Assembly (NCBI GenBank): GCA_019057475.1
Contig: DXJO01000008.1
Coordinates: 32,001 to 96,000, forward strand
DNA length: 64,000 bases
Reading direction: 5' to 3'
DNA from: Candidatus Thorarchaeota archaeon
Lineage (GTDB): Archaea; Asgardarchaeota; Thorarchaeia; Thorarchaeales; Thorarchaeaceae
In this document: positions 50,574 to 58,964 of the stretch, piece by piece
How the letters are laid out: every line of letters starts with the position of its first letter
Position numbering within the stretch: position 1 is the first letter of the stretch
Translations under genes and position numbers: made by a program
The notes under the pieces: model-generated
Told to the model about the DNA's origin: nothing
Seen by the model: only the letters and a program-made list of their open reading frames with translations
The model's database searches: none

Positions 50574-51472
50574 ATGAGTTCTTTGATGGCCTTGGCGGAT
50601 TGCAACCCAACAATTGGCTACATTGACGACCTACTATTGACCTATTCTCTCGACATAGCTCTCTACGAACTTGGCTCTCTCGGCTCTGCATTTGTGGCTG
50701 AGCTGCGCAAATGGGCCAGCTGCCAGTACACTCTGGACCTCAATGAGGGGGTCTCAGATAAGAGAATCAAGTCTGTCACTCTCTTACTGGGCTCAGCACT
50801 CAACTCCACAATCCATATCACAAGCTCCCTGAATCTCAACTCCACAGTCATCTTCTCGAACAATGCTCGTTTATCCTATGACAATCAAAGCTTCAAGTAC
50901 GATGCTTCAGGAACCGTTGCCCGAAACTTGTACAATCTTGGACATCAACGTCCTTGACTGATGTTTGGTTCCTGATTCATTGAGGTCTGCTCTGCAGATC
51001 CTACTGGATCTGCGACAAGTCTTGCGTCCTCTCCACAGGCGTTTTCTGTCTCCATCCAACTGGCGGCGACCGAAGTTCATGCAGGCCCTAGCAATCAGCA
51101 TTGAACATCCACACTAATCAATCCTGAGCAGTATGTTATAACCACCTACAAAATGTCTAAGAATGTACAAGTTCTTGGCAGCTGTTGCATACCCTCCGCT
51201 TTGGATTTGGTGAAGATGTAAGACTCAGCCGGTGGTTTCGCGTTTGGATTGACACAGACATGGCAGCCGTATACATTGACCTACTCGACAGTCATGGTGG
51301 TAAGATCACCTTTTCCTACCTGACAGACTACCTCATAGCAGACATTGACGGTTGGTACTCCTGTGGTGCCCGTATGTATTCCGCCGAGGTCAAACTCACG
51401 CCACCTGTAGTTGATGTTGCGGTCAGCACGAATACTGCTGTGGTGGTTCTGTACGACTGGAACTTCTTTTGA
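50574..51472 (+). pseudogene. Hypothetical gene interrupted by element copy 2
   Basis: ORFs 50574-50957 and 51185-51472 fuse in frame (KYDASG-T-LRFGFG) when the element plus one ACC is removed, giving about 206 aa. Confidence 0.7.
50916..51190. mobile_element. Non-autonomous ~275-bp insertion element, copy 2
   Basis: ACC at 50913-15 and 51191-93; same ends (GTTGCCCGAAACTT ... TGTTGCAT) as copy 1; internal hairpin GCAGATCC-TACT-GGATCTGC at 50994-51013. Confidence 0.8.
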
Positions 51473-51577
51473 CCAGACCGCCTTACTCCTTCGTAGTTGT
51501 AGCCCCCTTGCTAGGAATATGGCCTTACGTGTCTGCTTCTCCGCAGTTGTAGCTAATTACCAGTACCCCAAAGCAGA

Positions 51578-51964
51578 TTGATAGGACTGTATCTCTCTCC
51601 ACTCGCATTAGCTGCTGAGAGCATGAAAAATCGTAGCCTCTGTGAATACAGTGAGGACGGCACCTGCGTACTTCGCAGTGATGAAACAGTGTATTGCCCA
51701 TTCTCAGGTCAACTTGGAGCATGGGGTTTCGCAGGGCTCTTTGTCTACCAGTTCTACGAGATGAGGGAACAGGTACTGCACTTGGCTAACGGTCGGGAAG
51801 TGATAGAGCTCTCTCTAGAACGGGCATTTGAAGTGCCAAGCCGCAGCTACGTAGAGTCTGGGTTAGGTCCCATCACCTTCACTGACTTCCTGCGAGGAGT
51901 GGAGGAAACAGTAACATCATTTGTAGCAAACCTTTCGTGGTTGCCTCCAGTTCCTGACGAGTGA
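51578..51964 (+). CDS. Hypothetical protein with N-terminal Cys cluster
   Basis: Open frame with CEYSEDGTC...YCPF; start may be ATG 51623. Confidence 0.45.
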   Translation: MIGLYLSPLALAAESMKNRSLCEYSEDGTCVLRSDETVYCPFSGQLGAWGFAGLFVYQFYEMREQVLHLANGREVIELSLERAFEVPSRSYVESGLGPITFTDFLRGVEETVTSFVANLSWLPPVPDE

Positions 51965-52108
51965 CTTGTTTCGTCGAACGGTAGCAAGTTCCTGCTGGTT
52001 ATGTTGACACCGTCGATTATGACAGTTTCTGTGGTAGTCCTGTCGAGAGCGCCGATAAGTTGTCTTTCCCGACCCGGGTGGTCCCATTATCCAGTAGATT
52101 GCCAGCAT
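51960..52108 (-). pseudogene. Internally deleted P-loop kinase (AAA_33-like) remnant
   Basis: MLAIYWIMGPPGSGKTTY, then in a shifted frame TVIIDGVNIT. Confidence 0.55.
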
Positions 52109-52177
52109 ACTTAATACAGTCGTGTGAATAGCCGCGTCGACAAATTGGTTCAAAAATGGTGTATGATAGTGCAGGGG

Positions 52178-52244
52178 GATAACTCAAGAGACCGGAGTGG
52201 GCGCCGCAAGTCCGGTCAGGAATTAGTCATTACGAACTACGACC
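52178..52244 (+). repeat. Second allele of the C-terminus of Dam 43385-44200 (pairs with 44111-44177)
   Basis: DNSRDRSGRRKSGQELVITNYD vs DNSRNRGGKRKYGNELVITNYD; 67 bp colinear; in frame with the downstream Dam domain. Confidence 0.85.
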
Positions 52245-52316
52245 CTCAGATAACTGTGGAAGAAACCACGACCCACACAGGGGGTGACGCCATTCATTCT
52301 GAAATCACCACAAGAA

Positions 52317-53116
52317 TGATGGACCGCTCTATCAAGTCTCCATTCCGGTTTCCTGGCAGCAAGGCTCAGGCAATCAAGTACATTCGACCCCACTGGGAGA
52401 GCAATCCACACGCCGAGTATCGAGAACCATTCCTTGGTGGTGGTGCAGTGTTTTTCTCGAAGCTAAGGGTTCCATCTATCTGGCTGAACGACATTGACGA
52501 AGAACTTGTCACTACATACAAAACAATACAGGACGCTGAATCATGCTCCCTTCTGATGGAACGAGTGAGTCAGGAAGAAGCAACAAAAGAACGCCACACG
52601 GAGATGAAGCACTGGAAACCGAAGACCGCCCTGGACATTGCTCATCGCTATTTCTACCTCAATCGTACATCGTACAGTGGTATAATGAAGAAACCCGCGT
52701 GGGGGTATCACCCGAAGAAGAGTGTCCCCCCGGAGCGGTGGGGACCACGAATCCTGCAAGCACATGAGAAGCTACAAGGTGCCAAAATCACATCTCAGGA
52801 CTTCGAGTCCATAATCGAGGCACCCGCACAAAATAATGGCGTCTTCATGTTCATCGATCCTCCGTACTATGAGGCTGACCAGAAACGGGCGTATAAGCAC
52901 TCATTCACTCAGGCTGACCATGTGCGGCTCGCTGCCATTCTCAAGGGGACCGACCTGCCCTTCTGCCTGACCTATGATAATTGCGAGCCAGTTAGAAACC
53001 TCTATGACTGGGCCACAATAACTCCGGTTTCTTGGAGGTATCACACAGCAAATTCTCGAAAGGCTAGCAGGAAGATGGGTCAAGAACTTATCATCAGCAA
53101 CTACAAACTCGAATGA
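52317..53116 (+). CDS. Dam/D12-class DNA adenine methyltransferase (second domain of a formerly fused tandem enzyme)
   Basis: SPFRFPGSK, EPFLGGGAVF, LNDID, YFYLNRTSYSG, IDPPY, ELIISNY. The frame is open back to 52124; start is uncertain. Confidence 0.88.
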
Positions 53117-53333
53117 AGCCCTGAATCTTGGCCTGTCTTGAGCTTGGCCATATGTTAAGTTCGCAAGAACGATGTTGGTCCTCTGTTAAGACCGAGCCTT
53201 CGTTTCTTCTCATTTTTCGAGCACTATGATTTCTGGAGGTCCTAGAATGGTGTTTGGGTCTAGTCTGGGCGGTTTCTAAGGGAGACGCCATTACTACAAC
53301 TGCTAATATGCAAAATGACAATCGTTCTGTTGA

Positions 53334-53672
53334 TTGTCGATGACGGTACGATTAGATTCCATCTCTAGGGCTTTCAGCGAAGGAAGGACGGTATGCAATA
53401 GACTTGGCTGCGTCATTCTGTATACGGGTGACAGTTGCGCACTGTGTGATGTCGCTATGGAGGTTCTGCAAGAGGTCGTTACCGAGTTCGGTCTTCCCCT
53501 CGACATTGTTACTGAGGTGGATATCGACACAGCCAATGATTGCGACCTTTCCGGTATTGTCGCTCTTCCCACGATGAGCATCTGTGGAAAAGTCATTCCC
53601 GGATTGCCGGATGTCGATGATGTTAGAGGAGCTCTCATGAATGCAATTCTCGGGGGTTGCCTCTTTAGGTAG
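53334..53672 (+). CDS. Thioredoxin/glutaredoxin-like protein
   Basis: LYTGDSCALC (CxxC), EVDID, cis-Pro motif ALPT. Confidence 0.7.
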   Translation: MSMTVRLDSISRAFSEGRTVCNRLGCVILYTGDSCALCDVAMEVLQEVVTEFGLPLDIVTEVDIDTANDCDLSGIVALPTMSICGKVIPGLPDVDDVRGALMNAILGGCLFR

Positions 53673-53697
53673 GCATGCTCTGACTGCTCGCTTCTTT

Positions 53698-54957
53698 CTA
53701 CACCCGTTTGAGGATAACTAAGTGCTCTGTAGCCATTCTGCTGTCCGCATAGCCCGATGCCGGGTTAACTTCTGATTTGAACATGGATCGCGAAACTATC
53801 GGGTCTACGTAAGTGACAAGATGCTTCCAGCCCATTTCCGTGAGATGTTCAACCAAAATCTCATCAATGGGGATTGATCTTGTCCTAATCTTGGCAGGCC
53901 CAACGAATATGCACATGTAGTCATTGACTCTCTCTCCAAGAGTCGCGAATGCATTTATTGTTCCATGGAAGTACCTGTCATACAGCTGGACAAGGTGGTC
54001 CTCAACTATCTCCTTTCTGTAAGCTTGATACTTCTCAGAGTGAATGTGAATCTCGTCAACAGAGTTGTACGGGAGTTCTTTCTTGCTCAACGATCTCACG
54101 TATTCCTCATTATGCCCCAGCCAGAAGAGTTCGAGCTTCGTCGACCTGATGTACTCCTGAGCTTGCAGGTAGGGCGGAGATGTAATGAGAATATCCACAT
54201 CTCTGTCTAGCTCGGTGTTGAGGGAATCAATCCCTGATCTCAGCTTGTGCTTCACCGGTTGAGGATTGAGATTGCTGTGTTCCTTCATCTTGTTGAGGAG
54301 TTTCTCAATCTGCTTTTCCAGCATGCTGTAGAACTCGGTTTCCCAATCTGTCCCCAGCAGCCGCTCTACCTTCTTCTTCGAGTGTCTGGATTTGTACAGC
54401 TTGTGCACCTTCTCATCACTGTATGAGAAGTATCTGGTTGCCTTCAGAAGAGGAATCGAGAGCATTTTCTTCGTCTTGCCCTTTGTTGCATGAACTAGTC
54501 CCCATGCCTTTGAGATAGTTGGGAGAAACTCTTCCGGGAACCAATACGTCAGGTTTGACCAGTCAGGAATGAATTCATGGTCAGAATTGCGCACTCTGGC
54601 AACTAGTTCTTGAACGTTGATTTTTGGGGCTTTCATGACTGCAGTGTCATGGAATAGGTTCATTATGGGATTCAGGTCCCAGAGCTCGTAGTCATGACCG
54701 TATACCCTTGACACAACGCCAACTGTGCCATAACCCGCAAAGGGATCGAACACGACTGACCCTGGTTCCGCGTATTTCTTCAGAGTGTAGGCGATAACCT
54801 GAGGGATGAACTTGGCTGGGTACTTGTAGATGGAGAAGGTTCCATAGGTCGTCTTGGGAATCTCTGGGACCGAGTTCCTGAACACCACGTCGACTCTCGG
54901 AGCAGCATCCTGATTGGATTGCGTGGTTCCGTTGGATGGTGTTCTGCCTTTGCTCAT
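53698..54957 (-). CDS. Amino-DNA methyltransferase (motif I before SPPY)
   Basis: YKYPAKFIPQV, FDPFAGYGT, DLNP, ITSPPY. Confidence 0.85.
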   Translation of the reverse strand: MSKGRTPSNGTTQSNQDAAPRVDVVFRNSVPEIPKTTYGTFSIYKYPAKFIPQVIAYTLKKYAEPGSVVFDPFAGYGTVGVVSRVYGHDYELWDLNPIMNLFHDTAVMKAPKINVQELVARVRNSDHEFIPDWSNLTYWFPEEFLPTISKAWGLVHATKGKTKKMLSIPLLKATRYFSYSDEKVHKLYKSRHSKKKVERLLGTDWETEFYSMLEKQIEKLLNKMKEHSNLNPQPVKHKLRSGIDSLNTELDRDVDILITSPPYLQAQEYIRSTKLELFWLGHNEEYVRSLSKKELPYNSVDEIHIHSEKYQAYRKEIVEDHLVQLYDRYFHGTINAFATLGERVNDYMCIFVGPAKIRTRSIPIDEILVEHLTEMGWKHLVTYVDPIVSRSMFKSEVNPASGYADSRMATEHLVILKRV

Positions 54958-54986
54958 TGTTGTACACTCTTGAGAGTTCTTCAGAT

Positions 54987-55697
54987 TTAGGACTGTTTAC
55001 TGTTCCTGTCTGTATGAAGGAACGCTCTTCTGCGTTTTCCACAGACCGTAATGGCTCCCATCTTCCTCAAGCAATATGTCATCTTCTGCACCAGCCATCT
55101 CGGTTTGTCAGTGGCCTTGGCAAGGTCTGCATTAGTAAACGGTCTGGTCAGTGAATCTGGAATGAACGCGAGGAACTCCTCAGGTTTCTCGAAGAGATAC
55201 TGGTCAGTAACCTCGACCAGCCTGCGGTCGACGATACTCCACCCTTTGCGCCTCCAGCTCCCCTTTCCGTCATTGCGCCTGATTTCCTCTTCGCGGATGA
55301 GCAGAATTTCGAGTGAGAAGTTCTGATGAGCGACGAGTTCTGGGAAACTCACGAGTTCCTCAAACAGGTTCTCAAGCGACTTCCTCTTGGGTGAACGCCG
55401 TTTCCCGAGTTCGACGCTGCCGTCGAGGCTCTCCCGGACTATCCATTTCTCGTGGGCGAGCGGATGAACGAGCCGCACCTGATGACTCCCAATCAGGGTC
55501 ATTAGTTTCTGCTTGATAGCAGAGAAGTTGCTGGTCTGAATCTCGATAAGCAAGTCGCCACGCACTATGTCAATTACAAAACCATCAACTGGTACTTCCA
55601 AGAGGTCTCCTGAGTTGCTGTACCATTGCTTCAATGCAGCATGCAAAGAGCTCTCAGCCAGTACTCCAATGCCTTGAGAGCCTCCCTCAGAAGCCAT
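54987..55697 (-). CDS. PD-(D/E)xK-like nuclease with C-terminal winged helix
   Basis: ESSLHAALK...EVPVDGFVIDIV...IEIQT; C-terminal FTNADLAK...YCLRKMGAI..CGK. Confidence 0.6.
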   Translation of the reverse strand: MASEGGSQGIGVLAESSLHAALKQWYSNSGDLLEVPVDGFVIDIVRGDLLIEIQTSNFSAIKQKLMTLIGSHQVRLVHPLAHEKWIVRESLDGSVELGKRRSPKRKSLENLFEELVSFPELVAHQNFSLEILLIREEEIRRNDGKGSWRRKGWSIVDRRLVEVTDQYLFEKPEEFLAFIPDSLTRPFTNADLAKATDKPRWLVQKMTYCLRKMGAITVCGKRRRAFLHTDRNSKQS

Positions 55698-55779
55698 GTG
55701 TTTGACTGATGCTTCACTCCTTTTGTCAGTTCTGATAAAAAGATGGCTTCGCGCCATAAACCGAACTCTGCTCCGGGTA

Positions 55780-56559
55780 TTACCCGATAATGACAACGGC
55801 ATCGATGAATAGCTCGTATTCCTCGTCTTCATCGAGGTTCTTGATCAGTGCACGTTCTACCTCAAAGTCACCTCTGATCTCAAGGAGTTGTGACTGGTAC
55901 AGAATTTTGAGTCCCACGTTGCCGAGGAGCATGTTCAGCTCGTCCGGCATCTTGATGTCCTTGCCACATGTCAGCAGAATTACTCGGTCGGTATGATCTG
56001 TGAGCTTAATCGCGGCTTTGATTGATGCATCTCCAGTGTAAATTACCAGAGTTCGCTGATCGTCAAAAACAGTCGGATCGCCTATTGTTCGGTACAACCC
56101 GTTATTCTCAAATTCGGTCTTGCACACGATGTGTTCTGTTTGGACGATATCATCACACTCGGGCTCATCCACCTCGCCACTCTCCCTGCGGCGGTAGCTG
56201 CTGATTGCCTCGTGCAAAGCTTCCGCTGCCAAATTCGAACAGTGCATCTTGATGGGCGGCAAACCGTCCAATTCTCCGGCTACATCCTCGCGCTTGACTT
56301 TCATTGCCTCATCCAAGGTCATTCCTATGACCATCTCCGTGGTCATGCTGCTTGTGGCAATAGCGGAGCCGCAACCGAAGGTTCGGAACTTGGCATCCAC
56401 AATCTTGTCATCTTTCACCTTGATGAAGACCTCCATAATGTCTCCACACGTTGGATTGCCAACAGTTCCAGAAGCCACGTCATCTCCCTCGAGAGTACCA
56501 ACGTTTCTTGGATTTCGGAAGTGGTCTAGAACCTTTTCAGAGTACTTTGTTGACTTCAT
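55780..56559 (-). CDS. iscU: Fe-S scaffold IscU/NifU with C-terminal thioredoxin-reductase-like domain
   Basis: YSEKVLDHFRNPRNVG, CGD, FGCGSAIA, LPPIKMHCS; about 115-aa extension. Confidence 0.9.
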   Translation of the reverse strand: MKSTKYSEKVLDHFRNPRNVGTLEGDDVASGTVGNPTCGDIMEVFIKVKDDKIVDAKFRTFGCGSAIATSSMTTEMVIGMTLDEAMKVKREDVAGELDGLPPIKMHCSNLAAEALHEAISSYRRRESGEVDEPECDDIVQTEHIVCKTEFENNGLYRTIGDPTVFDDQRTLVIYTGDASIKAAIKLTDHTDRVILLTCGKDIKMPDELNMLLGNVGLKILYQSQLLEIRGDFEVERALIKNLDEDEEYELFIDAVVIIG

Positions 56560-56569
56560 TAGTCATCAC

Positions 56570-57748
56570 CTATTTTCTGGCCTTGTAGATTGGCGATAAT
56601 TCCCTCAGGCGATTTACCACTTTGGGAACCACCTCGAGAGCCCGGTCGATATCGCTACCTTCATTGAAGCGTCCAACCGTGAACTGCAGTGAGCCGTGTG
56701 CTTCCTCGTGCAGCAAGCCGGTTGCTATTAATGTATGCGACGGCTCAAGGGTCTTTGAGCTGCAAGCTGACCCAGTTGATACTGATATTCCCTCATCTTT
56801 GAAGGAGAGCAGTATCGACTCTCCCTCAATACCATCGAATCTAAAATGAGCGTTACTGGCAAGCCGTTCTTTTTGATGGCCGTTGAGGTAGCTGTCTGGA
56901 ATCTCTTCCAAGACCTGTTTAATCATTCTATCGCGCCAGCCTATGAACCGCTTAACCTCTCTCTTCATTTCTTTCCTCATGATTCGCGCAGCAGCCTGCA
57001 TGCCGATAATGGCTGGCATGTTCTCAGTGCCCGAGCGAAGCCCTCTCTCCTGTCCACCGCCCTGAATCACAGGGTTGGGGCGGGCTCCCTTCCTGATGTA
57101 CAGAATGCCAAGGCCCTTTGGTCCATAGATATCGTTGGACGACAGTGACATCAAGTCGATGTTGTCACGCTTGACATCCAATTCAACCAGCCCCTCGGCA
57201 GCCACTGCGTCGGTGTGAAACTTAATTCCTCTCTCCCTAGCGAGATTTCCAATTTCTGCTACTGGCTGGATTGTACCTATCTCATTGCTTGCATAGCCTA
57301 TGGAGATCAGTATCGTTTGGTCTGTTAGTCTTCTCTCGAGCTTCTTAATGCTCACTCTGCCATACCTATCCACGGGTACCCGCGTAACATTGAAGCCCTG
57401 CATCTGGAGGTACTTGGCGATGTTGCGGATAGAGATGTGTTCAACCTCGGAGATGATGACATGGTTTCCCTTTCTCTTGTTCTTCAGCATGTATCCTAAC
57501 AGGGCGAAATTGTTGGATTCAGTCGCACCGGATGTAAAGACAATCTCATCGTTATCAGCATTGATGAATTTCGCAATCTCCTTTCTGCTCTCCTCAAGTG
57601 CATCTGTAGCAACGTCTCCCACCTTGTGTAGCGCTGAGGGATTCCCGAACTTCTCAGTGAAGAAGGGTATCATCTCATCTATGACTCTAGGATCGACTGG
57701 TTTCGATGACTGGTAGTCCAGATAGATTTCAGGGCGAGAGGTATTCAT
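56570..57748 (-). CDS. iscS: Cysteine desulfurase
   Basis: YLDYQSS, FTSGATESNN, HTDAV, GGGQERGLRSGTEN, STGSAC. The usual SxHK PLP motif reads SSND here. Confidence 0.9.
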   Translation of the reverse strand: MNTSRPEIYLDYQSSKPVDPRVIDEMIPFFTEKFGNPSALHKVGDVATDALEESRKEIAKFINADNDEIVFTSGATESNNFALLGYMLKNKRKGNHVIISEVEHISIRNIAKYLQMQGFNVTRVPVDRYGRVSIKKLERRLTDQTILISIGYASNEIGTIQPVAEIGNLARERGIKFHTDAVAAEGLVELDVKRDNIDLMSLSSNDIYGPKGLGILYIRKGARPNPVIQGGGQERGLRSGTENMPAIIGMQAAARIMRKEMKREVKRFIGWRDRMIKQVLEEIPDSYLNGHQKERLASNAHFRFDGIEGESILLSFKDEGISVSTGSACSSKTLEPSHTLIATGLLHEEAHGSLQFTVGRFNEGSDIDRALEVVPKVVNRLRELSPIYKARK

Positions 57749-57762
57749 CTTGGTACGTCACC

Positions 57763-58005
57763 TTACTTCAGTCTGCGAATCAGGAAGCGCTGCACTCCAT
57801 CATCAAACTTCTCATAGGAGATGAGTTCATGACCTGTGCGCTTACAGAACCTCTTGATATCCGACTCTGCGCCTGGATCATCAGCGAGCAGCTCTAGAAT
57901 CTCTCCAACTTCGACAGAGCCAATCGATTTCCGTGCCTGCAGGAGCGGCATAGGACAAAAGAGTCCCACACAATCCAATGTCTTAGTTGGTTCAGAATCA
58001 TTCAT
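57763..58005 (-). CDS. tusA: Sulfur carrier TusA family protein
   Basis: LDCVGLFCPMP, DDPGAESDI. Confidence 0.9.
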   Translation of the reverse strand: MNDSEPTKTLDCVGLFCPMPLLQARKSIGSVEVGEILELLADDPGAESDIKRFCKRTGHELISYEKFDDGVQRFLIRRLK

Positions 58006-58125
58006 ATTGGCAACACCTAACCATTGTTAAGTTTGGGCTAGGTTCGGTTGAGAACCTTATAACTTTTAGCATAGGTCTGGCGAAAATCAAAAGCGTTTTC
58101 AAGAGGGTGCAACTCCGCGGATGCC

Positions 58126-58950
58126 ATGCCCGACTTCTCAAAACTCCTGAGGAGAGCACGCGATGACGTAAATCTCTGCATTGGGATTTGGTCTGATTTG
58201 CTTGGGTCGCTTTATGGCGACAGCTTGGTTTGTGCCTACTCGAAGGGGTCGGGTGTGAAGCCGTGGGACGGCGAAATCGACTATGTTCCCCTCATCAGTG
58301 ACGTAGATATCCACGTCCATCTAAAACCCGAAGTCCCAATCACCACTGATGATATCAATTCATTCGGGTTGGCAATGAAAACCTCTGCGGAGTATGAGGA
58401 GCGATTCCTAGAAGCGAGCTCAGAACACCTACATATCCCGCGAACTCAGATTACTTTCGTCCGGATGCTTGAAGATATGATCAGTTATGTTGCCCCAAGA
58501 GCATCAGATGTCCAGATGCTGATTGGTCGCTTCAAGGATACCAAACCACTCTTAGCGGAACGAATCCGCGAGATAGACTACGAACAGCTCCTCTCCATGA
58601 AGCCATTTCTTGAGGACATTCCGAGAACACTCATAGATCGTACTGGCCTTGACCTGTGGAACCTGGTTCGACGCTTGACATGGCGGGTTTCCCCGTCACC
58701 GGTCAGACTGATTACACAGCGACACGAGGACCCGTATGAGGTGTGGACCTGGAACCGTACCCGAATTCTATCTGAGCTCGAAGCGATGGATTATGATGCG
58801 ATTGCACAGAATTACAATGACTTCTACGATGCAGGATGGCGTCTGTTCCTCTCAAATTTCAGTGATTCAGGTCTCTATCGTGAGATGATTGAGCATGGCT
58901 ACCACCTGCTATGGGGCTGTGTTCGAGAGGTACAAGAAATCGCAGACTAG
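58126..58950 (+). CDS. Pol-beta-superfamily nucleotidyltransferase-like protein
   Basis: YSKGS...SDVDIHV (GS followed by DxD) with a helical C-terminus. Confidence 0.55.
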   Translation: MPDFSKLLRRARDDVNLCIGIWSDLLGSLYGDSLVCAYSKGSGVKPWDGEIDYVPLISDVDIHVHLKPEVPITTDDINSFGLAMKTSAEYEERFLEASSEHLHIPRTQITFVRMLEDMISYVAPRASDVQMLIGRFKDTKPLLAERIREIDYEQLLSMKPFLEDIPRTLIDRTGLDLWNLVRRLTWRVSPSPVRLITQRHEDPYEVWTWNRTRILSELEAMDYDAIAQNYNDFYDAGWRLFLSNFSDSGLYREMIEHGYHLLWGCVREVQEIAD

Positions 58951-58964
58951 TCCTTCGTGGGTTG

